From NCBI GenBank assembly GCA_964016885.1, contig OZ024740.1:153140001-153204000 (forward strand): DNA of 64,000 nt, written 5' to 3'. Of this stretch, positions 50,031 through 63,115 are shown piece by piece (positions within the stretch are counted from its first letter, which is position 1; each line of letters begins with the position of its first letter). This DNA is from Eledone cirrhosa (Eukaryota). A program made the translations under genes and the position numbers. The notes under the pieces are model-generated. The model did not search any database and was not told the DNA's origin. It worked only from the letters and a program-made list of their open reading frames with translations.

Positions 50031-50514
50031 GTTGTTTTTTGTTTAAAATGAATATTGGGTACAAAACCACAATAACTGGTTTTTTAACCCCGAAGGGCCA
50101 AATAACGGACAGAAAGACCCCTCTCACGAGGAGGAGGGTGTCTTTATCAACAATTTGGTTCAAGTTTTAGACAATTTACAATTGTTTTAACGGTTAAAAA
50201 TTACTATACCTTACAGAGCCGAGCCTCCGTCAACCATGGCATTCAATAATAATAATAATAATGATTTCATTTATTGGCCATAAGGGCCGACATATAGGGG
50301 ACAACACAATAGACAGGGACAGTGGGGGTTTACATAGAGATCGAGTAAGTATAAATAACAAAAAACAAAATAACAATAAAAATACAACAATGAAAGTTCC
50401 CCAATAAGAGGGATCACCACCCAGGGTTGACTCAAGCACCCCACCAGTCCTGAGCCACCCGACGCTCCTAGGGCACCCGGGAAGGGCACCCCTCTCCTTC
50501 TCGAATTCACCAGC

Positions 50515-53500
50515 CTACAGGCGCATGATCAGAGTAGGCCCACTCACGCGGGCCATTCTCGCCACATTCACCCACCTTTCAGTAAATGTACTGGGGGCAG
50601 CACTTCTCTCTCCACCCTCACCTTCCTTTCCAAGTGAAACTTGAAGAAGTTGATGAGGGATTGGCCGAAGAGAAAAGTGTCTGTCTTCAGTCCTTTCAAC
50701 CTGGTCCACCATGCAACCTCTTTCGCTACTGCCACCAGGCAGAGGAAAATTGCCTGCCCTTCCTGACCAAAAGAAGGCGGCGGGTCAATCTTCACTATGG
50801 ACTCTAGCCGGATCCGTTCTACACGCGACAATAGCTGTTCGACATAACCCCACAAGTCAGCAATGCACGGACACTGGACGAGTGCGTGCAGAACGGTTTC
50901 GTCGCTATGCGCGCATCTCGGGCAGGTTCGTCTGACAGCACTTCCGCGCCTGTAGAGTTTATCCCGAACCGGCAGCGCCCCCCGGTAGCACTGCCAAGCG
51001 AGGGATTTCTGGAAGTTATCCATCGTCCCCGGCTCGAAAGTCCTCCGGAACATACTGGTCAGTTCTACTTCGTTGACGCCTAGAGCCTCTCCTAGTACGT
51101 CATCGTACTTGCCCTCCACTAATCCTCTATAGAAATCTTGAGTGGAAGTTCCACTGACCGCATTGCCCACCTTGCAGAGTGCAGTGAGCGCCTGGCAACA
51201 TTCCAGATGCCAGTCGCCCAGTCTCGGTCTCTTCTTGACCCAGGACTGCAGCTCAGTCAAAGAGATGAGCTGCGGAAAGGCCCGTCTAACAAACGGCGAC
51301 CACACCTGTTCACCGTTTAGGTAAAATATCTGGAGATGTCGCAGCCTCAGCGCATGTCTGCGCATCATTAGCCACGGCATGCCCAGCCCTCCACGAAGAG
51401 GGTGCTGGCAGCAGATGGACCGCTTCACCAACGGGACCCGTCCCCTCCACAAAAATTTGAAAAGGAGCCGTTCCAAATTGGCGAGGCGTGGACGGGGGCA
51501 AGGCACGACGGTCAGGCGGTAGTAGATGACGGACGCGATGTACGCGTTCGCCACCTCCGCCCGCCCTTTCAGTATCATTTCTGGGTGAGGTTGGCTATCC
51601 TGCTCGTCACCTCGTCCCAATTCTTATCCACCTGGAGGTCTGGTCCGAACCAAACCCCGAGCAACTTTACCGGTCCGTCTGTCCAGCGCCCAACGACGCT
51701 GTTGGACGGCATGGACTTGCCTCTCCAGGTGCCGAGCTGCAAGCCCACCGACTTTTCCGGGTTAAGTTTTGCTCCCGTCAACCTTTCATATTCCTCCAAA
51801 TGGGTGCGGATCACCTCGATTTCCGAGGTGTCCGACACCATCACGGTGATGTCGTCCGCATAAGCGGACGCAGCCTTTCTACGTCCCGGTTCGAGCGGGA
51901 TGCCCTGCAACAACTCCAGCTTCCGCAGTAGAGGCTCAAGAGTCAATACGTACATAAGTGAGGAGAGAGGGCACCCTTGACGGACCGATCGAGAGATCTG
52001 AAACGGTTCCGAGAGGCGGCCATTAACTTTGACCACCGAGCAGATGCCGCTGTACATTGCAGCGATCCAGCTTCTGAAGACGGGGCCGAAGCCAGCCGCC
52101 TCGAGGACAGCCTCCAAGTACCGATGGTCGACCCTATCGAATGCTTTCGATTGATCTAAATTGATCAGAGCCCCACCGAAGCCAGGTTTGCACCCAACCC
52201 TCTCTATGATGTATCGCATGAGGTGGAGGTTGTCGTGTATGGACCTGGTCGGGATTGCGCAAGTTTGCGCCTCCCCAACCAAATCTTTGACGACAAGCGC
52301 CAACCTTTTCGCTAACACCTTGGCCAAAATCTTAAACTCTGTGTTGAGCAGGGTTATGGGCCTAAAATTATCTAGTGTGTCCCTCTTGTTCTCGTCTTTC
52401 CTTATCAGCGTCACTACGCCACGGCTCACAGAACTGGGAATGCTCCCGTTCTGCTGCCAGTTGCAGTAGAGCGCTTCGAGGAGATCGGAGAACAAGTCTG
52501 GCAAATTTACGTAAAGCTCGTAGGGCAGACCATCCAAACCGGGTGACTTGCGACTCGAGCAGCCGACAAGGGCGTCCTGAATTTCGACTGATGTTATCGG
52601 CTCTTCGCAGCGCTCAGCGTCGGCCGTCGAGAGGCGTGGCAAGCTGTCGAGGTAGGGGCTGAAGTCCGCCGCCGTCTCCGACTCACCCATCCTCCCGAAC
52701 AATCGAGCAAAGTGCTGGCGAAAGGCCTCACACATCTTCTTGGAATCGTTCAGTTCGTGTCCATCTCGATCCGTCAAAGACCGAATTGTGGTTTTATTTC
52801 CACGCTGCGTCTCTGCAAAGCGAGCCCATCGGGCAGCTTTGGTTCCCTCGTTCCTCAGAGCACGCGCCTTAGCTCTGACAATGCAACCTTCGTGTTTCGC
52901 ATTGAAGAAATGGTCTAGTGCCATTCTCGCCGCTAGCACGTCTGTTGCAATGCCACTACAAATAGCCTCGTCTAACTTAGCTATCAGCCCCTCCTCCTTT
53001 CTATTTTTCTCTATTGCTACTTCTTTGCTAAATCCTATCGAGGTTGCTCTAATCTCTCTTTTGAGAGCCCCCCACCACCTGTTGTTGACAACCCCCCCTG
53101 TCAACTTTTGCTTAACTAAGTTGTTGACCCGGTCCCTGTAAGCTTTACGTGCCGGAAACGACATGTTTAGCTTCCAGTAGCTAGGTCCTAACCTACGTGT
53201 CTTATCTAGGTCGACCATACAGATCACAAGCTTGTGATCTGAATAGGCGACCGTTTTAAAATGTGGACATCCTACACTATTTCTATCTCTTTTCCTAATG
53301 AAAATCCTATCTATGTACGATCTAGATGACCCTATGCGATTGGTCCAGGTCCATACTGGCGCATTAGGGAAATCTAGTCGGTACCTGTCAGACAGTTGAA
53401 ACTGGCTGATCAGGTACTTGAGGCTTTTGCACCCCCCGCTCCTATCAGATACTCCCACACAATCCCAGCGTGCTTCTAAGATGCCATTCCAATCCCCTAT

Positions 53501-53911
53501 TAACAGTAAAGGGCGAGACGTAAGCAGAAAGTTTTCCAGGCGCCTAAAGAAGTCCGGCCGACCGGCCCCAGTAGGGGCGTAGACGGCCACCAGTCTAAAG
53601 GCACCACCTTCGCTACTGCTCACGTCCAGGACCACCAACTTTCCGTCAGGATCCCGGAAGATTGACCTTACCTCGAGATCCAGACATTTCCTAAACAGCA
53701 CAGCCACTCCACCTCCCATTCCCGGCCGACTAACAGATGCAAAGATCTGATAATCGTCGAAAATCGGCGCCAGTGCGCGTGTGTCGGAAATTCTGGTCTC
53801 GCTGATGGCAATTACATCCATTCCTAGTGACCTGAGGTCGTTGAGCAAGTGACCTTGCTTCCAGGGCGACCCCAGGCCACGAACATTTAAACTTCCTACT
53901 CTTATGGCCAT
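50515..53911 (-). pseudogene. Tx1-B ORF2 (APE, RT, CCHC) with small deletions and frameshifts near 51578 and 50790
   Basis: 778 aa open frame to ...ANLTQK, continuing as LKGRAEVANAY...CPRCAHSDETVLHALVQC in another frame. Confidence 0.9.
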
Positions 53912-53940
53912 GCTGGCAGGATGAATGGGAGAGGAAAGGT

Positions 53941-55856
53941 TTACTTACCTTCCGGGGTCTTGTGAAGGTCGGGTGGTTCGACCTCCATGGTTTGTGGGGT
54001 TTCTTTTGGGAACCCCTTTAATAGTCTTGAAGTGGGTTTTACGTTCGGGGTTCCCACATCCCAAGGAAAGCTCTTTCGAATTTCTTTGTATGAAGCGAGC
54101 GACATTCGCATCAGAAGCAAATTATCTGGTACGCGAAATGTGCTCGCTTCAAATGTTTCCCCCTCTTTTTCGATGTTTGTGCTTCGTGCTACATGGGCCA
54201 TCAATTCCTTGTTGGCCCTTCTGGCAAGCACGAAGTTTTTAATGTTTTGTTGCTCGGGTTTTATTTGTTCGTGTGATTGTGGTGGTGATAGCTTTGTTTG
54301 TGTTGTTTCTATTGTGTCTGCGTTTGTTGTGGGTGGGGTGTCTGTAGTTTCTGATGTTTGTGTGTCTATTTGTTCTTGTGTCTGTTTAGCTTGTTTGCGT
54401 TTGGGGGATTTTGGTGGTTGTGTTGGTGATGCTGTGGGGAAAATGTTTGTGTGGGTGGTGTGTGTATTTTTTTTTTGTGGGGGTGTTTGTGCTTTGTGGA
54501 TTTCTTTTTTTTTTTTTTTTTGTGTTTTGTTTTTTGTATTTTGGGGGACTTTGGTTTTCCCTCATCTTCACTGCTGGAGGATGAGGGGTCTGTGGCTGTG
54601 AGCGTGTTTGTGTCTGAGTGAGTGTTTATGTTCTTGTTCGTGTGTGTATTTTGGGAGGGGGGAATGGGAGAGCTTTCCTTGTTTCCCCCCTGGGTGTGCA
54701 ATTTTGGTGGTTCCATTGTTGACGGTGTTGCTGGTGGTCCTTGTCCCGGCGTCGCCAGCAGTGGAATCTTTCGACCCCTTGCGCTTTTCGGCAGTTGAGG
54801 GCAGAAGGCTCGCAAGTGTGTCGTTTCCCCACAAAGGAAACAATGCGGCCATTTGCCCTCAGTCATTATATGCAACACCCTCCCGTTTTGGAGGCGGATG
54901 TGGTCCGGGATTGCTTTTACGTTTTCGGGTCTGATTTGGAGCAGTATCTCCAGATCAACCCCGGACCAGTCATCCCTGGCAGTTCTCGTTGCCTCTACTG
55001 GGACTGTATCCGTTCCTTCCACGATTACGCAACCCAGAAGCCACCACATATAAAGTCCTGGTGGAATCCTGGGAATGCGCACACGTGCTATTCGTTTTCC
55101 CATGTGGGAGGGGTACATTATGACCTTGCTGGTTTTGCAAGGGGTCATTGAATGCTTCACAGCGAGGGCTTCAGACTTGAACAGCACCGAAACGGTGCCG
55201 TATTGCCTGCCCCTCTCTATGAAGTCTGTGTCCTCTCTGATGTATTTCAGTGCGGCTTCTATATCAGCTTGGGCGATTATCGCTGCCCTCTTTGTCTCTA
55301 CTGAGATGCATCTGAAATGCACCGTTCTTTTTTCCACTGCCTCAATGGCTTCTGCCGGGACAGTTAAGTTTGCCCAGGTCTGCTCTTGATTTATGATTTT
55401 CCAGGCCTGGGCCAACTTTTCCTCTCTGTTGGTTAAGTCGATGCTGTAGCATGGTCTCCTTTTAGCCGCTGCCACAGCAGCGAAGGTGTTCTTGTTGGTG
55501 TTGTCACTGTTGTTGTTCTTGTTGGTGTTGCTGCTGCTATTGCTGTTGTTGTTCTCCCCTGTGTCGTGGTTACCCTCTGTGCTGTTGGCCTTGTTGGTGC
55601 TGCTGCTGTCGCTACTATTACTCTCTGTGCTGTTCGTTTTGTTGGTGCTCTCGCTATTACCACCTTCTGCGCTGTTCGGCTTGTTGGTGTTGGTGTTGTC
55701 GCTGTTACCACCTTCCGCGCCGCTCGGCCCGTTGGTGCTGGCACTGTCGCTGCTCACACTCGTGCTGGTGGCGCTCCTCGCCTCACCTCTCCTCTCAACG
55801 CTCAAGTCGCCGTTGCACAACAGCAGACCCGCCTCTAGGGGGCGTGGCTCCGCCAT
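53941..55856 (-). CDS. Tx1-B ORF1, frameshifted in a long homopolymer near 54510
   Basis: CFLCGETTHLRAFC knuckle, Ser/Asn/Thr repeats; the C-terminal part lies in the frame of ORF 53941-54231. Confidence 0.82.
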
Positions 55857-56142
55857 GGATTTTTGAGAAAAAAAATTATTATTTTTCCAAAATAAAGTTC
55901 AAATATTTGGGCCAAAAGGCCCAAATATTATGAGTTATTCCTTCACAGGATACAAATGAATGTCTTATAATGCTTCAGCGGTACAAAAAAATAAACAATT
56001 CTCCACAATTAATCCTCAAAAAATTGCTTACTCACGGAGCTTCAAAAAACGTACATCCACTTTCGTCAATAATAATAATAATAATAATAAAATAATAATA
56101 ATAATAATAAAATAATAATAAAATAATAATAATAATAATAAA

Positions 56143-56506
56143 AAAGATCGTGTCTGATTGTGGATGTGGCCTGCCCATTCGACACGAGAGTGCAAGAGAA
56201 GGAGAGGGAGAAAATTAACCGATACCAGGACCTAAAGTGGGAGGTGAAATGGATTTGGAACTGCCATGAAGTCAAAGTGATCCCGATTGTCATAGGAGCA
56301 CTGGGGACTATCTCCAAAAGTTTCCAGGGATGGTTAAAGAAAATCGGCCCCTTCACGCTTTTTGGAACGCTTCAAAAGGCATGCTTGCTGGGAACAGCAA
56401 GAACCCTCCGATACGTCCTGAATATCTGAGGCTGCAGGTAGTGGCTTGATATTCATTCCAACGGACTTTCCAGTTAACCAACATCAATGACTGAGATTCA
56501 AGGAAT
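56143..56506 (+). mobile_element. R4/Dong-clade 3' fragment between (TAA)n tracts
   Basis: IVDVACPFDTRVQEKEREKINRYQDL...PIVIGALG (REL domain); nearly identical to 60265-60625. Confidence 0.88.
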
Positions 56507-57339
56507 AACAACAACAACAATAATAATAATAATAATAATAATAATAGGGAATAATAATATAGGGAAAAAAACGCACATGGTGGATATATATCGTTATGGA
56601 ATTGCTCCCGTAAGTTTTTGATTTTTACTTATTTAAAACAACTGTGATAGAATAATTCTTATTACAAATGAAATATAAGATTACAGTTTAAACCCTCAGC
56701 AGGCGACAACGCATCATATTACGGCATAGGGCCCCAATATTTAATATTTAATTTTGGATCAGAAATGTTATAGTCGAAAAAGAGAAAAATGGCTAAGTGG
56801 ACAGACAGGCAAATAATTTCACCACCAACACCACCACCGCCACCATTACCACTACCACGCCCAAAACTCTAGTCAAGTTACCTCAACTTCTATTTCTACT
56901 TCAACTTCAACACCATCACTACAGTACTACGATCACATCACCACTCCCACTGCCTCATTATCGCTACTGCCGCTATTCTCTCCCACTACCTCCTGCTAAG
57001 TACTACTAGCACAGCACCACCACCACCACTGCCTCATTATCGCGACCGCCGCTATTCTCTCCCACTACCTCCTGCTAAGACAGGCATCGTAGTATTCCCA
57101 CTAAATGAGGAAGGCATCAAAAGATATAAATAGACTGATTTGATGACGCGGTCAAAAAATCAAAAAATCAAAAATCAAAATCGAAACAGCACAGCAGCAA
57201 CGAAAAACGCAAAGAAAAGAAAAAAGAAAAGAAAAACAAACAGACAGACAAGCAGAAAAATCAGACATTCAAACATTACATTACAATGAAACTTATGCTT
57301 ATTTTTTGGGATTTTTACCTGTTTGTTTGTTTATTTATG

Positions 57340-60300
57340 TTCGTCTACAGCGTGATAGTGCCACGCTAAAATCATCACCCGAGGTGATGAAATCACCGGT
57401 GGTTATGTAACCATACATTCACCAATCCTCGATAAGAGTGTTTCAATGTCGAACCTAAACAGTTCGAATAACGGTGAAGTGTAGACTGGAATGTCATGTG
57501 ACAGACTCTCACCCAGTAGGTGCTCCCTGGCTCAGCAGCAGGGACCTGGCTGTCAACCAAATACTGCTGGTGTCGGAGGAAGAAGAAGAAGGAAAGGGAC
57601 CAGAACCAACTGGACGAAAGAATTGAAGAGAACTGTTATGCAATGTTACCTGAAGTGTAACCCCAAGGAAAAAGGCTATAGGAAACGAATGCATCTGGAA
57701 CGAGATTGGTCTATTTAAATTAGATGAACAAAAATTGGCCGGGCAGGCTCGGGTAATAAGAACTAATGGGTGGATAAGCGAGCTGGAACTGGAGGAACTG
57801 AGCAGAGAGATTAGGTTGGAAATGGAAAGTGGAGTATGCCAGGCAAACGAGCCAGTGGGAAATGAAGGTGAAGAGGTTGAGAGAACGGAGGAACCATCCG
57901 AAGCAGACAATGATCTGAATGCTGAAATAAATAATACCTGGAACAGAGATACTGCCATTGAGGAGATGAATGCTGACGGGCTAGGACAAGATTTGGTTGA
58001 TATCCTAAACTTAGTGGTAGATGAAATGAACAATGATAGTGGGAAACCTATGAACCTAAGATTTGTAGACAGGAAAAGGTTAAAAGAAACAACAGCTAAG
58101 GTAAACAAAGTCATCCCATACCTTGAGGCGAGGAGCCTTCACCAATGCAACAATATCCTCAAAGCAACAGCAAATGCGGTGAGGAAATTACTTGGCATAA
58201 AAGCGAGAGGAAAAAACAAACAAGAAAGATCAGAACCTTGGTGGAAGAAACGACTGAATGGTCAAATCAGGGAAATGAGAAATGACATTGGAAAGCTTGA
58301 TTCCCTACTGAATGGGACACTAAAAAACATAGACACTAAAAATAGACTGGAAATAAAGTATAAAACTAGGAGGAAAAAGCTAAATATTATCATAGAGGAA
58401 CTGAAGCAACGCATTGTAGCAAAGAGTACAAAAATTAGGCGATACGAGAGCAGAGTCAGTCAGTATAGACAGAACCGCATGTTTGACAACAACCAGAAGA
58501 TGTTGTTTGGACAGCTTGAAGGGAAAGAAAGAGGCAACGACTTGATCCCTGAGGCGGAACAAACTAAGACATTCTGGAGAGGAATATGGGAGCAGGATGT
58601 TAAACATAATGACCAGGCAGTGTGGATTGAGACAGTACAAAAGGAGATTAGTGAACAGGCACACCAACAAACTGATTTGAGTATCACAGTTGAAACTCTT
58701 AAGGGGCAGGCCAAAAAACTAACCAACTGGAAATCACCAGGCCCAGATGGTGTGCAGGGGTATTGGATTAAAAATATAACATCCCTCCACCCGAAACTGA
58801 CAACCATGTTCAATGACTGCTTGATGTCAGGTGAGGTACCAGAGTGGTTGACAAAACGTACCACAGTTCTGGTAATGAAAGACCGAATCAAGGCAGTTGT
58901 TGAGCAAAAGTATGAAGTCCTGGAAAACAGAGTTAACATCAGCTGGAGAATCCTTGGGAGGCTTGAAGATTAAGAGAGGTATCTTCCAGGGAGATAGTCT
59001 GTCCCCTCTGTTGTTTGTCCTTGCCCTGATGTCCCTGACCATTATACTGCGAAAAGTGAGAGCAGGATACAAGTTGGGAAAGGGAGAGCTTACGATCAAT
59101 CACCTACTCTTCATGGACGATCTTAAGCTCTTCGGGAAGAGTGAGAAGGAGTTGGATGTGCTTGTTGACACTATCCGTATTTTCAGCAATGATATATGTA
59201 TGCAATTTGGTATTAGTAAGTGTGGAGTCCTTGTGATGAAGAGGGGTAAATTGAGCAGAAGCAACGGAATACAGATACCAACAGGTGAGATGATAATGGA
59301 AATTGACACTGGAGAAGGATACAAGTATTTGGGTGTTCTGGAGGCTGATGACATCAAGAACAAAAAAAATGAAGGAATTGATAAGATCTGAATACATTCA
59401 GAGAATAAGGAGCGTATTAAAGTCATATCTGAACAGTAGGAATGCCATAAGTTAAGTGCAGTAAATTCCCGAGCTGTGTCTATTATTAGGTACAGTGCGG
59501 GAATTCTGAGATGGAATGTTGCTGAACAAAAAGAAATGGGTAGGAAGACTAGGAAGCTATTGACTATCTACAACATGTTCCACAAGAGGAGTGATGTCGA
59601 TAGACTCTAGTTAAGGAGATCTGAAGGTGAAAGAGGTCTTATCAGCATAGAGGACTGTGTTTAGATGGAGAAAAACAACCTACACAAATACGTGACTGAT
59701 AGTAAGGAGCCAATGCTCAGAATTGTACCGAAGGAGAGGACAATAGACCAGGGGATGTCCAAGGAGGAAATAACAAGGAGAAAGAGCAGCCTTCATGAAA
59801 AACCCCTTCATAGTCCCTTCTTTGAGAAAACTGAATTCAGAGATCCACAGACATGGAACTGATTGAAAAGAGGAGACCTTAAAAAGGCTACAGAAGTAAT
59901 GCTAATGGCTGCGCAAGAGCAGGCCCTCAAAACGAAGTGGCTGAAACACCATATTTACAAGGAGGAGGCTAGCCCACTGTGTAGGATCTGTGGGGAGAGA
60001 GAGGAGACTGTGGTTCACATTGTATCCGAGTGTAAACACCTAGCCCAGACTCACTATAAAGGCTGGTGACATGATGTGATGGGCAGGGTGATCCACTGGC
60101 ACCTATGCAAAGTAAATAATTTACCACATTCTGAGAAGTGGTATAAGCATAAGCCAGAGTCGGTGATGGAAAACGATCAGGTGATGGTGCTGTGGGATTT
60201 TAGGATACAGACGGACAAGAAACTGGAACACAATAGACCTGACCTGGTGGTTTTGGACAAGGGAAAAAGATCGTGCCTGATTGTGGATGTAGCCTGCCCA

Positions 60301-60627
60301 TTCGACACGAGAGTGCAAGAGAAGGATACCAGGAATTAAAGTGGGAGGTAAAAAGGATTTGGAACTGCCATGAGGTCAAAGTGGTCCCGATTGTCATAGG
60401 CGCACTAGGTACTATCTCAAAGATAGGTACTATCTCAAAGAGTTTCCAAGGATGATTAAAGAAAATTGGTCCCGCCCCGCTTTTTGGAACACTTCAAAAG
60501 GCATGCTTGCTGGGAACAGCAAGAACCCTCCGATACGTCCTGAATATCTGAGGCTGCAGGTAGTGGCTTGATATTCATTTCAACAAACTTTACAGTTAAA
60601 TAACATCAATGACTGAGACTCAAAGAA
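57340..60627 (+). mobile_element. R4/Dong-clade non-LTR retrotransposon, near full length, degraded
   Basis: NWKSPGPDGVQGYWIK, GIFQGDSLSPLLF, HLLFMDDLKL, YKYLG, CRICGEREETVVHIVSEC, HNRPDLVV, IVDVACP; RT deletion near 58890; (TAA)n tail; 5' limit uncertain. Confidence 0.9.
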
Positions 60628-60656
60628 CAATAATAATAATAATAATAATAATAATC

Positions 60657-61146
60657 AACATAACAAGGTCTGTTTATTGATAGATATGAGCATCCCATGT
60701 GATCACAATATCGCGGCAAAAGAATTTGACAAGCTACGAAAATATAAAGATCTGCTTATTGAAATTGAGAAAATGTGGCACCTCAAAGCCGTTACAATAC
60801 CAGTGATTGTGGGAGGACTGGGAATGATCAAGAAAGGAACAGAACAATATTTGCGAATGATTCCTGGTTTACCCTCTCTGCACGAGGTGCAAAACATTGT
60901 TTTGACTAGTACTGCACACGTATTGAGAAGAGCACTATCTCTGTAAGATTGATATCCCTCCTTTTATTTACATATGCATATACACATGTGTATATATATG
61001 TTTTAAAAAAAAAATTTTTTTAAATTATAATCAATGTGGTGTATTAACTGGCTTACCAATGCACACTGTGAATTTATTTGCTCTAGGTGTCAGGAAGACA
61101 CTCGGCATATATCTCAGAAACAATAATGAAAGAAAAAAAAAAAAAA
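60657..61146 (+). mobile_element. 3' fragment of a second Dong-like family
   Basis: LIDMSIPCDHNIAAKEFDKLRKYKDL..EIEKMW...IPVIVGGLG; starts immediately after (TAA)n and ends in poly-A. Confidence 0.82.
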
Positions 61147-61562
61147 TATGTTTTCTTTATTAACCACAAGGGTTGTCATAAAGAATAACATTAAGGACAG
61201 CACAGTACGGTACAGGGAGGTACAAATGGGCATTTCTGCTTGTAAAGAAAAAAAACAATAACAAAGGAAATAACAAAAAACGAAACAAAGGAAAATTTCC
61301 CAATAGGAGGGTGACTTCTAAGGGTCACCCTTGGAGAAAGCCCATTAAAAAAAACACGGTGACCCTGACCACCAGGGCAAGTGCCCTCTCCCAGTTTTCC
61401 ACCTCTAATCTACAGGCGCACATTCAGAGCAGGCCCATTCACTCGGGCCATCCATGCTTGCCTCTCTCACAAATTCAACAAATTGCTGGGAAAAGAGCAC
61501 TTCCCTCTCCATCCTGATTTTCCTTTTCAAATGCATCAGGGTACCCTCGAAGAGGTAAGTGA
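61147..61562 (-). mobile_element. 3' fragment of a Tx1 family A-like element
   Basis: 'atgttttctttattaaccacaaggg' and the ORF2 tail match 44213-44640. Confidence 0.88.
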
Positions 61563-62067
61563 TATGATTACCAATCACAAAATGTTTGATCAAAGACGAA
61601 TTAAGGGGCCTACACTCTTGTAGTTCTATTTTGTCGAATTTTATCGTCAAGCTTTATTTTATATCAACTAATTCACTATAGACAACATCTGGTGTAAGTT
61701 GTCAATCATTCAGAAAAAAAAGAAAAAAAACATATATTTATGAACCACATGTCAGTTTGTTTTATAAGTAAACTTTATTTCAAATATTTTACTATTTAGA
61801 CAACTTTGAAGAACATTTACTCAATAAACAGTCATTAGAATATTACATCAGAAAAACATGGAAATATCGTTGATTCGTGAAAGTGAATGGGTTTATTATT
61901 TAAATCAATTTAAATTTACTTAGAGATTTAGTAAATACGTATCCATAAATTATTATTTCATAATTTATCACCTTCTCTTTTCTCGTACACAACTACACAC
62001 TCCCACTCTCCCTCTCTCCCTTTCTCGCTCTAACTCTTACTATCTATTTATTTATCTATCTGTCTGT

Positions 62068-62142
<75 letters not shown>

Positions 62143-62321
62143 AAAAGAGTCAGGACCCCGATGGCCGGTGCTCAGCCGTCGGGGTCCTGACTCTTTTTCT
62201 ATTACCCACTCTACTACCCTAAGTATCGAGTATTCTAGTGCGTTATGGTCTACCTGGTTCCTTACCACACTTTCTTTGTTATATATATATATTTTTTTTT
62301 CCGTTTATATATATATATATA

Positions 62322-63036
62322 AACGGAAAAAATAAAACGAAATTTCATTTCCCACTCTTAGTACGGCTGTTACTTAAATATAAGTATGTACACGTACATA
62401 CATATATGTATACAGACGTACAGTAGTGTGTATATATATATATATATATATACATACATGCACATATATATATATATATATGTACGTATGGATTCACCGA
62501 ACATTTATTATAATGCTCGGTGTGTTTGTAAACAAACATCCCGTATTAAGCCGTAGTGTCTAGCAACCATCGCTGCTCGTTTGTTCAACACTGACAAAGG
62601 AACGCTGTACTAGTTTCAAGCTTATTAGCTATCGTCAGCAACGTATACCTTCCTGCCAGATTGTTGAACGTATATACTTACCTTATGCATATTAACGGCT
62701 GAGCAGCCCAATTTGCACATTGAGTGGGTCAATCGGCCGGGTGCACCGAAAACGATAAACGGAAAAAATGAAACGAAATTTCATTTCTCACTCTTAGTAC
62801 GGCTGTTACTTAAATATAAGTATGTACACGTACATACATATATGTATACAGACGTACAGTAGTATGTATATATATATACATACATGCTTAATACGGGATG
62901 TTTGTTTACAAACACACCGAGCATTATAATAAATATTCGGTGAATCCATACGTACATATATATATGTGTGCATGTATGTATATATATATACATACTACTG
63001 TACGTCTGTATACATATATGTATGTACGTGTACATA

Positions 63037-63040
<4 letters not shown>
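62322..63040 (-). mobile_element. Non-coding 436 bp unit: full copy, partial tandem copy, then inverted partial copy; retrozyme-like
   Basis: 'tcatttc.cactcttagtacggctg' at 62345 and 62781; 62886-63040 inverts ~62375-62551; (TA)n on both sides. Confidence 0.75.
62603..62643 (-). ncRNA. Minimal type I hammerhead ribozyme, intact core
   Basis: CGTTG-CTGACGA-T AGCT AATA AGCT T-GAAA-CTAG-TA-CAGCG; stem I CGTTG/CAGCG, palindromic stem III ACTAGT. Confidence 0.8.

Positions 63041-63115
<75 letters not shown>

Larger units (their letters stand above)
44213..50244 (-). mobile_element. Full-length Tx1-like (L1 clade) LINE, family A, flanked by (TAA)n
   Basis: 5' UTR, ORF1, ORF2, 3' UTR ending AATAAAGAAAAC(ATT)n. 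Confidence 0.95.
50262..56067 (-). mobile_element. Full-length Tx1-like LINE, family B, head-to-tail with family A
   Basis: ORF1 plus ORF2, 3' end AATAAATGAAATC(ATT)n, 5' end abuts (TAA)n at 56068. Confidence 0.95.

Noticed and set aside
53913-53948. 36 nt GT-AG intron fusing Tx1-B ORF1 to ORF2
   Set aside because: Removing it gives GAA GCA TGG CCA TAA, out of frame with ORF2; it is very short, and family A has no matching AG.
44426-55866. Plus-strand ORFs overlapping the Tx1 elements (e.g. 48241-48879, 53987-54601)
   Set aside because: Antisense shadows of GC-rich or low-complexity coding sequence with no recognisable motifs.
56947-57080. ~55 bp direct duplication in a (CAC)n-rich stretch
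   Set aside because: Ordinary local slippage in low-complexity sequence.
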